The position numbers and the translations under genes are program-made. Positions 16,424 through 24,142 of a stretch of 64,000 bases of DNA are shown here, one piece after another. Below the pieces are notes generated by a model, which was given only the letters and a program-made list of their open reading frames with translations, was not told where the DNA came from and made no database searches. The DNA comes from a virus (Duplodnaviria > Caudoviricetes): positions 1 to 64,000 of IMG/VR virus record IMGVR_UViG_3300037448_000016; one strand, given 5' to 3'. Position 1 is the first letter of the stretch; the number at the start of each line of letters is the position of its first letter.

Positions 16424-18697
16424 TCACGTGGCGTACGGTTCCGGCACCGGATCGGCAGCGTTCCGGACGCCACCACCCTTGATCTTCAGTCCCACCACGA
16501 ACCACGTTCCGGACGACTTCACCCGATGGAAGCCAGCGTTTTCCAGGCGGGAGTAGAACTCCCCGGCTCTCAGGCGGCCGTTCCCGTTGCGGTCGGCCCA
16601 CATCTTGTAGGTCGAGTAGCAGGTGGTCTGTAACTCCCGGTGGTCTTCGGTGAGCGTGCATTCCTCTTCGACCCACTGCCGAACCTGGTCTATCTTCGTA
16701 GCGAAATCCGCCTCGCCCTGGGCCACTTCGCCTTCGGACTTGAAGTTACGCCGGACCATCAGGACCCGGAGCGCCTCCACGGCGCGGGCGGCGACGGCCG
16801 GGAGTTCGGCGGCCAACTTGTCGTCCAGATCGGGATCGACTTCGGAGTCGGTGATCTGGCGGTCGAACTTGATGATCTTCCAGCGGCGCAGGTAGCCGAA
16901 TGACGTGTCGGCCGAACCCGGGGCCTTGTTCGCGCTGAACATCGGTACGGCCCAGCACGTGTAGCGGAACGACTGACGGTGTTTCTCCTCAGCGTCGAGC
17001 ATGTCGCCGCCGGTGAGTTTCTTGAACTTGCCGGTGTTCTCCTGGAACGTGGGGTCGATGTCCCCGGCCAGGTTGGCGATCCGGCCGAACAGGCTGGCAG
17101 CGGCGAACCGGTTGTTCGACAGCGAGTCCAGGTCCACGGCGGCGCAGTTCGCCGGGCCGAGCATGTGCTCGATCACCCGCATCAGCGTGCCTTTCCCGTT
17201 GCGCCCGTTGCCCAGCAGCATGAACGCCACCTGAAGCGGGTTGCCCGAGAACAGCATGTAGCCGAGCATTTCCCAGGTGTACTCGATGTAGTCGGGGGAG
17301 AGGATCTGGGACAGGAACTTGTCGAACAGCGGGGTGTCCTTGTCGCCCGTCCAGGCGAGCGGGAACTGCACGGTGGAGCCGAAATGCGGGGCGTGGTCGA
17401 TGAGTTCCCCGGTACGCCAGTCCAGCATCCCGTTCGTGAAATTCATGTAGTCCGCGATCGGCTCGACGTTGATCTCGCCGGTGTAGTGCCGGACCATCGT
17501 GGCCGCGTTGGAGGCGTGGTTGCCCCGGAAGCGCGGGCCGAGCAGCCGGACGGTGCGGGCCTCGACGACGTGCGGGTCGGACTTCCAGACGCCGTTCTTG
17601 TACGACCAGAACCCGCCGTCGCGTCCCCACAGCAGCGGGCCCATGTCCATCGCGTCGCGGGCCAGCAGTTCGGCGTCGATCCCTTCCTTGCCGAAGTACT
17701 CGTCAGGCCGCCGTGGAGGCTGCCAGGACGTCGTCACGCTCACCGGCGCCGTGGTCTGCACGCTGGCTTTCTGGGCGGCGTCCTTGGCTGCGAGCCGCCC
17801 CTGCACCTCAGCCTTGCGCTTGACCGGATCGGTGGCCAGCGCCTGCGAGACGGCCCAGGCGATGACCCCCTTGAACTCGTTGCGGGGGAACCGGTCCCCG
17901 GCCATGTACGCCTCGAAATCCTGCCACAGACCGTCGATCACGGACTGGGCCGGGTAGTACCCGGCGCGGGCCTCGCGCATCCCCCAGACCGCTGCCCGGA
18001 CCAGCGCCTCGTGCCGCGAGCCCCGGGCGTCGGTGCAGTCGTCCACGAACTTGGCCAGTACCGGCTTCAGCAGGTGGGCCATCTCGGAGTGGTTGTTCTC
18101 CGCGATGAAATCGGCCACCGTCTTGTCGTCGGCCACGTCTTCGGCCCGCTGGCCGTTCGGGAGTTTCGATGAGATCTCCGGCGGCAGAACGGGAACCTCA
18201 CCGGTGCGCACCCAGTGGTAACGCCCGTGGTCCTTGGTGTGGGCCGAAGGCGCGACGACGATGATGCCGTTGGTGCCGCGCACCTCACCGAATGCCTGCC
18301 CGAGTTCGCCCCGCCCGTTGCCGAGGACGCGCCCTTCCGGGACGGTGAAGATGTAGTGGCCCCGGCGCGGGTCGTTGTCCCGGGTGGACTGGAACGGCGC
18401 TGAGAGCAGGTGCGGAACAAGATCTTTCGGGAAGTCGTCCGGCGAGTCGACGTCCAGTGCCACGGCGCCGGACCGGCCGACGTGCAGGGCGAGCATCAGG
18501 TTGGTGCCCGCGAACCAGTCCGCGATCTCCATCGGATCGTTGGACGTCTTGTGCTGCCACTTGTTCCCGAGGATTTTCGCCGGGCGCTTCGTGTCGGGCT
18601 CGACGGGAAGCACGTACCAGCCAGCCCGCGCGTAAGCGATTGCGGCGGTGATGATATCGGCGTCGTCTGTGACCTCGGGAATGCGCAACGCTGTCAC
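16424..18697 (-). CDS. bifunctional primase-polymerase / D5-like SF3 helicase
   Basis: N-terminal Prim-Pol (GWYVLPV, ALDVD, GHYIF); C-terminal GNGRNGKGT, GRIANLAGD, FKKLTGGD, SANK. Confidence 0.92.
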   Translation of the reverse strand: MTALRIPEVTDDADIITAAIAYARAGWYVLPVEPDTKRPAKILGNKWQHKTSNDPMEIADWFAGTNLMLALHVGRSGAVALDVDSPDDFPKDLVPHLLSAPFQSTRDNDPRRGHYIFTVPEGRVLGNGRGELGQAFGEVRGTNGIIVVAPSAHTKDHGRYHWVRTGEVPVLPPEISSKLPNGQRAEDVADDKTVADFIAENNHSEMAHLLKPVLAKFVDDCTDARGSRHEALVRAAVWGMREARAGYYPAQSVIDGLWQDFEAYMAGDRFPRNEFKGVIAWAVSQALATDPVKRKAEVQGRLAAKDAAQKASVQTTAPVSVTTSWQPPRRPDEYFGKEGIDAELLARDAMDMGPLLWGRDGGFWSYKNGVWKSDPHVVEARTVRLLGPRFRGNHASNAATMVRHYTGEINVEPIADYMNFTNGMLDWRTGELIDHAPHFGSTVQFPLAWTGDKDTPLFDKFLSQILSPDYIEYTWEMLGYMLFSGNPLQVAFMLLGNGRNGKGTLMRVIEHMLGPANCAAVDLDSLSNNRFAAASLFGRIANLAGDIDPTFQENTGKFKKLTGGDMLDAEEKHRQSFRYTCWAVPMFSANKAPGSADTSFGYLRRWKIIKFDRQITDSEVDPDLDDKLAAELPAVAARAVEALRVLMVRRNFKSEGEVAQGEADFATKIDQVRQWVEEECTLTEDHRELQTTCYSTYKMWADRNGNGRLRAGEFYSRLENAGFHRVKSSGTWFVVGLKIKGGGVRNAADPVPEPYAT

Positions 18698-19212
18698 TGG
18701 CCCTCCAGGGGGTAAGCGAAGGGAGCCACTGAGTGGAACTGGCGGGCCATCCGGATCGTCTGCCAGGTTCCGGAGCGCGCCGACTTCGGGTGGGCCTCAG
18801 GGTACTCCGGGAAGCCACAGAGCACGTTCGACCAGCGCACGATCTCCAGGTTGCGGTCGGCGTACGTCGTCCCTGGCGGCATGAACCGCACGGTGATCTT
18901 GGTGTCGTCCGGAACGGCGTCGCTTTCCCACCACCGGATGACCCGGCTGATGCCGCTAGGCACCAGGATCAGGTGCGGCACGTGCGGGAAGACCTGGCTT
19001 AGCCAGAAACCGACGCGGTAGTCGATCCCGATGCAGGCTCCGGTGACGAAGCCTTTCGGGGTGCGCGGCAGCAGGGTGAGCCGGGCCTGGACGATCGCGG
19101 CGTGCTGCTCGTTCCTCAGGGGATCAAGACGTGACCCACTCCACCCGATAATCAGGTCTCGTGGTGGGGGCCAGGCTTGACCACTAGATGTGGGGTCGTC
19201 AATACTACTCAC
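18694..19212 (-). CDS. SLOG-superfamily (DprA/YspA-like) protein
   Basis: IGWSGSR, FVTGACIGID, YADRNLEIV, RSGTWQTIRMA. Confidence 0.7.
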   Translation of the reverse strand: MSSIDDPTSSGQAWPPPRDLIIGWSGSRLDPLRNEQHAAIVQARLTLLPRTPKGFVTGACIGIDYRVGFWLSQVFPHVPHLILVPSGISRVIRWWESDAVPDDTKITVRFMPPGTTYADRNLEIVRWSNVLCGFPEYPEAHPKSARSGTWQTIRMARQFHSVAPFAYPLEGQ

Positions 19213-19336
19213 AGCGGCTCCTCACAAGCCAAGCGGACCCTCATCAACCGGCAGGTGATGGGGGTCCGTACTTTTGTCCGGTCGGATGAACATACACCCG
19301 ACCGGACCGACCAGGGATCCCTAGCGCATACTTTTC

Positions 19337-19609
19337 CTACGCGAGGACACCGTCCTGCTCGACCGGCTCCGGGACGTCTTCGCCGGTCATCAGCGCGACG
19401 CCAGCCGCGACCAGTTCGTCAAAGGTCTTGCCGCGCGGCACCTCGCCGTCGTTCGCACCCTGGGTCAAGCCGAAGGTGTGGTTGATCGCGAACCGCATGA
19501 CAGCGGCCTTGGAGATGCCGAGTCGCTGGTCGAGCGCGTCGACCAGTTCGGTCTGGGTCTCAGTGCCCACGTAGGGGCGCTGGCTGGGGTAACGGCCACC
19601 GATAGCCAT
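19337..19609 (-). CDS. small DNA-binding regulator (RHH/CopG-like)
   Basis: YVGT...LVDALDQRLGISKAAVMRFAI strand-helix-helix pattern; RBS GGAGG. Confidence 0.6.
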   Translation of the reverse strand: MAIGGRYPSQRPYVGTETQTELVDALDQRLGISKAAVMRFAINHTFGLTQGANDGEVPRGKTFDELVAAGVALMTGEDVPEPVEQDGVLA

Positions 19610-19654
19610 GTTGTCCTCCTGTGGACAGAGCGTTGTCGAGTGCTTGCAGGTCAC

Positions 19655-19691
19655 ACCATAGTTGACGTCATGTCAACCTGTCAACTAGACT
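19655..19691. promoter_or_regulatory. overlapping divergent promoters (minus: TTGACA-N18-TATGGT; plus: TTGACG-N18-TAGACT)
   Basis: Both read directly from 19655-19691. Confidence 0.75.
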
Positions 19692-19719
19692 GCACCTACG
19701 ACGACACGAGGAGATGCAT

Positions 19720-19866
19720 ATGGACCCGAACGCCTGCCTGAAACGGCTGCGAGACGCCGTGAGCAACAGCGACAGCGAGGAGGCCGCCGAACTGCGCGCC
19801 GCCCTGCGCACCTGGGTGGGCCTCGGCGGCTTCGAGCCGTCCGACCGCACCTGGAGGGACGCCTGA
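19720..19866 (+). CDS. 48-aa protein MDPNACL...GGFEPSDRTWRDA
   Basis: RBS GAGGAG; TGATG coupling. Confidence 0.7.
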   Translation: MDPNACLKRLRDAVSNSDSEEAAELRAALRTWVGLGGFEPSDRTWRDA

Positions 19867-20024
19867 TGACCACCCTTCAGCGCGTCAACCGGTTGCTCCG
19901 CCAGGTCAAGGAAGCCCGCGCCAAGGGTCTCCACAGCGAAGGTGACGCGCGGATGCGCGAACTGCATGACGTGGTCGAGGAGACCGGCGTCGAGCCCACC
20001 GACATCTACTGGAGGAAGGCATGA
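19866..20024 (+). CDS. 52-aa protein ending GVEPTDIYWRKA
   Basis: Coupled; RBS embedded in the upstream gene end. Confidence 0.7.
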   Translation: MTTLQRVNRLLRQVKEARAKGLHSEGDARMRELHDVVEETGVEPTDIYWRKA

Positions 20025-20170
20025 CCCCTGACGAGACCCTGGTCGAGATCCGCTGGTCGATGAAGGAAGGCTTCTTCGACTCCGCCGCGAACTTGCGGCG
20101 CATCCTGCGCGAAGGCGTCGAGTCCGGCGCGCTGCCCGAGCCGTCCGACCCCACCTGGAGGGAAGCGTGA
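20021..20170 (+). CDS. 49-aa protein ending LPEPSDPTWREA
   Basis: ATGA coupling. Confidence 0.7.
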   Translation: MTPDETLVEIRWSMKEGFFDSAANLRRILREGVESGALPEPSDPTWREA

Positions 20171-20481
20171 CCTTCCACAGCGCCGCCCAGGACATCCGCT
20201 CCAGCACGATCGTCCAACTGGACTACCAGACCCGCACGCTGATGAACGACCCCGATGCGGGTGAGTTCGTCGGCGGCAACAGTCCGGCCGTCGTCCAGAC
20301 CGGACTGTCGGTGCTCAATGAGACGATGGACTGGTACGAGAAACTGGTGACCCAGACGCACAACGGCCGCCTTGCGCCGTATGCCGCACGCGACCTGCCG
20401 GAAGACGAGCAGGATGCTTACAAGAACGCCAAGCACCAGTTGAAGGTGCTGAACGCACTGTACGGCCCGCAGAAAGCCTGA
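20167..20481 (+). CDS. hypothetical protein
   Basis: GTGA coupling. Confidence 0.7.
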   Translation: MTFHSAAQDIRSSTIVQLDYQTRTLMNDPDAGEFVGGNSPAVVQTGLSVLNETMDWYEKLVTQTHNGRLAPYAARDLPEDEQDAYKNAKHQLKVLNALYGPQKA

Positions 20482-20517
20482 CCCAACGAGAGCCCAAAAG
20501 GCACAGGGAGCACGAAT

Positions 20518-21561
20518 ATGACTACCACTCGCACCGAGAACCAGATCGACCACATCGCGCTCGTGGTCGATGCCTCCGGCTCCATGAGTCACCTGGCCCG
20601 CGACGTGATCAAGGTCGTGGACAACCAGATCGCCTACCTCGCCAGCCGTTCCAAGGATCTGGACCGCGAGGTGCGGGTCAGCGTCTACACCTTCGACGAC
20701 ACGGTGAAGTGCGTGATCTTCGACAAGGACGTGCTGCGGATGCCGTCTATCCGCGACCTCTACCGGATCGGCGGCATGACCGCGCTGATCGAGGCCACGA
20801 TGAAGTCGCAGGAAGACCTGGCTACCACCAGCACGATCTACGGTGATCACGCCTTCCTCACCTACGTCATCACGGACGGCGCCGAAAATGCCAGCCGTCA
20901 TCGTCACGCCAGCCAGATGCGCTCCATGCTGGCCGGTCTCGCCGACAACTCGACGCTGGCCACGCTCGTGCCGGACCACCAGGCTGTCGATCGGGCCGTC
21001 CGGCTGGGTTTCCCGGCGGACAACATCGAGGTCTGGGACGCTTCATCCACGGCGGGGCTGGTGCGGGCTGGAAGCCGGATCCAGCAGGCGACCGACACCT
21101 GGATGGACAACCGCAGCAAGGGAATCCGCTCCACGAAGACCCTGTTCTCCACCGGCCCAGAGGTACTGAACAAGGCCACCGTGACCGCCGCACTGACCCC
21201 GCTGCCGATGGACAAGTACTCGCTGATCCCGGTCATGCCGGACGGCGTCCAGAAAGGCGACAAGGTCCGGGTCGACAAGTTCATCCGGGAAGACTGCGGC
21301 ATGACCTTCAGGCTCGGCACGGTGTACTACGAGTGGAGCAAGAAGGAGACGGTGCAGCCGCAGAAGCGCCTGGCCGTCGTCCAGAAGTCCACGGGCAAGG
21401 TGTTCGTCGGCACCGGCGACGAGGTCCGGCAAATGATCGGCCTGCCGTCCCTGAACACCCGCGAGGCTCCCAAGGCGAACCCGGACTTCACCGTGTTCGT
21501 CCAGTCGACCGCCCCGAACCGCAACCTGGTTCCGTTCACCAAGGTTCTGGTGATGCTCTGA
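20518..21561 (+). CDS. von Willebrand factor A domain protein
   Basis: VVDASGSM (MIDAS DxSxS), GGMTAL, ITDGAENAS. Confidence 0.85.
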   Translation: MTTTRTENQIDHIALVVDASGSMSHLARDVIKVVDNQIAYLASRSKDLDREVRVSVYTFDDTVKCVIFDKDVLRMPSIRDLYRIGGMTALIEATMKSQEDLATTSTIYGDHAFLTYVITDGAENASRHRHASQMRSMLAGLADNSTLATLVPDHQAVDRAVRLGFPADNIEVWDASSTAGLVRAGSRIQQATDTWMDNRSKGIRSTKTLFSTGPEVLNKATVTAALTPLPMDKYSLIPVMPDGVQKGDKVRVDKFIREDCGMTFRLGTVYYEWSKKETVQPQKRLAVVQKSTGKVFVGTGDEVRQMIGLPSLNTREAPKANPDFTVFVQSTAPNRNLVPFTKVLVML

Positions 21562-21725
21562 TGGCCAGCGAGTTGGCCTGGCAGGTCGCGGAACTGGAAG
21601 CGATCAAGCAGGCGACCGCCGTCGTCCGCAGCAAGATGACCCAGATCCGTCAGCGCAACTCAGGTGCCGACCCGATCAAGGTCAAGGTCGTTGACGTCGA
21701 ACTGGATGTCCAGGTGGCCGGATGA
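21561..21725 (+). CDS. small hypothetical protein
   Basis: TGATG coupling. Confidence 0.55.
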   Translation: MASELAWQVAELEAIKQATAVVRSKMTQIRQRNSGADPIKVKVVDVELDVQVAG

Positions 21726-22225
21726 CCAAGGTGCATTGGGCGACCGTCCAGATCGGAGACATTCTCCGGCTGGGCGGTTTCGCCTATGAGGTGATGGCCG
21801 AGGATCGCGTGGCCAACACGGTGACGGTGCGCAAGCCGGACGGCAGCCTGTTCACGAACGCCCGGCCTGACGCGCTGGTGGAGCGGATCTTCTCCGCCGA
21901 GGAGGCCATGTCGAACGCCGAGTCGGTCATCGTGACCCGGCTCGGCGGGGTGGTGTCCGGCCGCCAGCGCGCCGACGGCTCGTGGACCATGCCGGAGTCG
22001 TACCCTGAGCCGGGTAGCCTGCTCGCGCACCTGATGATCGGCCACGGGATCACCGAGTGGTCGGAGATCGATCCGGACGACGGTGGCACCGAGAGCCTGC
22101 GGGCCGTCACGAAATACCACGCCAGGAAGCACGATCCGGGCGCCAAGCAGGGCGAAGGCTACCTGCCTCACGTCCACGACCCGCTATTCCTAGGGAGCAC
22201 AGAACATGTCCGTCAGTCATCCTGA
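21722..22225 (+). CDS. hypothetical protein (His-rich C-terminus)
   Basis: ATGA coupling. Confidence 0.7.
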   Translation: MTKVHWATVQIGDILRLGGFAYEVMAEDRVANTVTVRKPDGSLFTNARPDALVERIFSAEEAMSNAESVIVTRLGGVVSGRQRADGSWTMPESYPEPGSLLAHLMIGHGITEWSEIDPDDGGTESLRAVTKYHARKHDPGAKQGEGYLPHVHDPLFLGSTEHVRQSS

Positions 22226-22493
22226 GTACGGGGCGCCGCCGATCGAGCGGCCCAACATGGAGAAGATCTGGGACAAGGCGCGGGCCGACGCGCGGGCGGA
22301 GGGTGCTCAGGAACGAGCCACCCTCCGCCGCGAACTCCATCACCAGACGCTGACCTGGCTGGAGACGACCTTCCCCAAGACGAAACTCACGGTCGCTCAG
22401 AAGGATTCTCTGGCTGAGGTGTTCGGGCTGGGTCCAGTACCAGCCGGACTGAGCCCGGACTCAGACCCAGCAGGGCAATCTCGGCTTCCGTAA
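22206..22493 (+). CDS. hypothetical protein
   Basis: RBS GGGAG; last gene of the rightward operon. Confidence 0.6.
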   Translation: MSVSHPEYGAPPIERPNMEKIWDKARADARAEGAQERATLRRELHHQTLTWLETTFPKTKLTVAQKDSLAEVFGLGPVPAGLSPDSDPAGQSRLP

Positions 22494-22716
22494 AGCCGTA
22501 CTCCCGCAGGAACTTGCGCGCCCTGCCGGACACCTGACGTTTCGGGCAGCCGCCCTCGTGGATCGCCACGAGGGCGGCTGTTTTTTCTGCCTGGGCCACG
22601 GCGAGCCGGGCCTTCGCTTTCAGCACGGACAGTGCCGCAGCGGACAGCCGTTCCATCGGGCTCTGCTCGATCGGCCGGGTCGCGAAGTGTGGCGGTGGGG
22701 GCATCTTGTCGACCAT
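22387..22716 (-). CDS. hypothetical helical protein, last gene of the conjugation cluster
   Basis: RBS TAGGAG before MVDKMPPP... Confidence 0.6.
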   Translation of the reverse strand: MVDKMPPPPHFATRPIEQSPMERLSAAALSVLKAKARLAVAQAEKTAALVAIHEGGCPKRQVSGRARKFLREYGFTEAEIALLGLSPGSVRLVLDPARTPQPENPSERP

Positions 22717-22724
22717 GGGTGCTC

Positions 22725-23678
22725 CTAGTGCTTCACTGAGACGTGGACGTGGTTGACGTGGTCGAGCGTGTCGCTGTGCCCACCGGAAGGGTGGGCGTAA
22801 GGGCGCCATTGCCCGGTCTCGCTGGTGAAGATCCGCTTGTTGAAGATGACGTAGTGCCCACCGACCTGGGCCAGGTTCGCGGCCCAGTAGTCCGCTATCT
22901 CCTGTCCGAGGTCGTGCTTGTCGGCGGATCGGTAGTCGCTGCCCAGCATGATGTCCACGGCGTTTCCGGTCGCGTGGTCGGACAGCGTGCCGGTGCCAGC
23001 GATCGTGCGGTAGGCGTACCCACCGATCGAGGAGATGCACGGCGGCGGGTTCGTGGCGCAGCCCCAGTCTTTCAGCGTCAGGGCTTTGATGTTCTCCGCG
23101 CGGGGGCGTAAGCCGTCGCCCCCTTGCGGTCCACTCCCCGGATCGGACAGCGCTCCGTCCGCCACGGCGTTGCAGTCCAGACCGAGCCCGTCGACCGCCT
23201 CCTGAGCCGCCCCGATGAACTGCCGGTACGATCCTGACCAGAACGTGACCCAGGGAGAGAAACCATGCGCATCGGTCCATATCTGGAAGGCCACCGAGGC
23301 ATTGAAGGCTGGATCGTGCCAGTCGCCGTGCGCCAGAAGGGCCGCGTGTACCGAGTTGATCTGCCACAGGCCGTAATCCGTGGACCCGTTGGTGTTCAGA
23401 TTCGTGATATTTGCGTTCCATCCGGACTCCGCGTGCGCAATGGCCACAGCAGTGACCAGGTTGTCTCCGCGAAATCCAGCGGCCAGCGCGGCTTTCGCTA
23501 CGGCAGCACCATCGCTGGCCGCGTGCCCCGTGATGGAGCACGCCTGGCTGGCCGGACCGCCGCCGAGAGCCAGCGATGGAACCGGCGGAGCGCCGCCGCC
23601 CGGCAGGCCCGTGAACAGGACCGCCAGGACGGCAAGGGCCGCCGCACCGGCCAGCGCTAGGCGCTTCAATCCGCCCAC
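22725..23678 (-). CDS. conjugation-associated cell-wall hydrolase: lytic transglycosylase plus C-terminal M15-like Zn peptidase domain
   Basis: Signal/TM; AIAHAESGWN..DYGLWQIN (SLT catalytic Glu); SDHATGNAVD...HVNHVHVS. Confidence 0.85.
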   Translation of the reverse strand: MGGLKRLALAGAAALAVLAVLFTGLPGGGAPPVPSLALGGGPASQACSITGHAASDGAAVAKAALAAGFRGDNLVTAVAIAHAESGWNANITNLNTNGSTDYGLWQINSVHAALLAHGDWHDPAFNASVAFQIWTDAHGFSPWVTFWSGSYRQFIGAAQEAVDGLGLDCNAVADGALSDPGSGPQGGDGLRPRAENIKALTLKDWGCATNPPPCISSIGGYAYRTIAGTGTLSDHATGNAVDIMLGSDYRSADKHDLGQEIADYWAANLAQVGGHYVIFNKRIFTSETGQWRPYAHPSGGHSDTLDHVNHVHVSVKH

Positions 23679-24142
23679 GTCAGGCCGGTGCAGAGCCAGT
23701 CGCCGGAGACGACGTCCATCGTGACGAGCAGCGCGCCCCGGTTGGTGGGTACGCTGATCTCCTGCTCGGTCGGGCCGTCTTTCGACACGGTGGCCGAGCC
23801 GGTGATCACGGCATCCTTGGGCGCCTCGTTCGTCGTCAGGTCTTCCAGCACCGGCGGGGAGTACAGGTCGTCGTTCATCACGCCCCGGAACCAGCCGTCA
23901 ACGGCGCTGATGGCGTCAGGGACGGCCGATCCGTGGGCGGGCCAGGTGAACGGGTCGGTGCCGGACGGCGATGGCGTCTGCGGGGTGTAGACGGGCGGCC
24001 GGGGCCCGGCCGTCGTGGTCGGGCTCGCTTCGGTCTTCGGGCCGGGCAGGTGGCTGACCGACCGGGCGATGTTGAACCCGGCCAGCACAGCGATCACGGT
24101 GAGCAGGGCGGCGATGGTGATTCTCTGGCGGTTGTTGTTCAT
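23666..24142 (-). CDS. single-TM protein, VirB8/TcpC-like candidate
   Basis: N-terminal TM, Pro-rich linker, small alpha/beta domain; position in the operon. Confidence 0.5.
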   Translation of the reverse strand: MNNNRQRITIAALLTVIAVLAGFNIARSVSHLPGPKTEASPTTTAGPRPPVYTPQTPSPSGTDPFTWPAHGSAVPDAISAVDGWFRGVMNDDLYSPPVLEDLTTNEAPKDAVITGSATVSKDGPTEQEISVPTNRGALLVTMDVVSGDWLCTGLTWAD

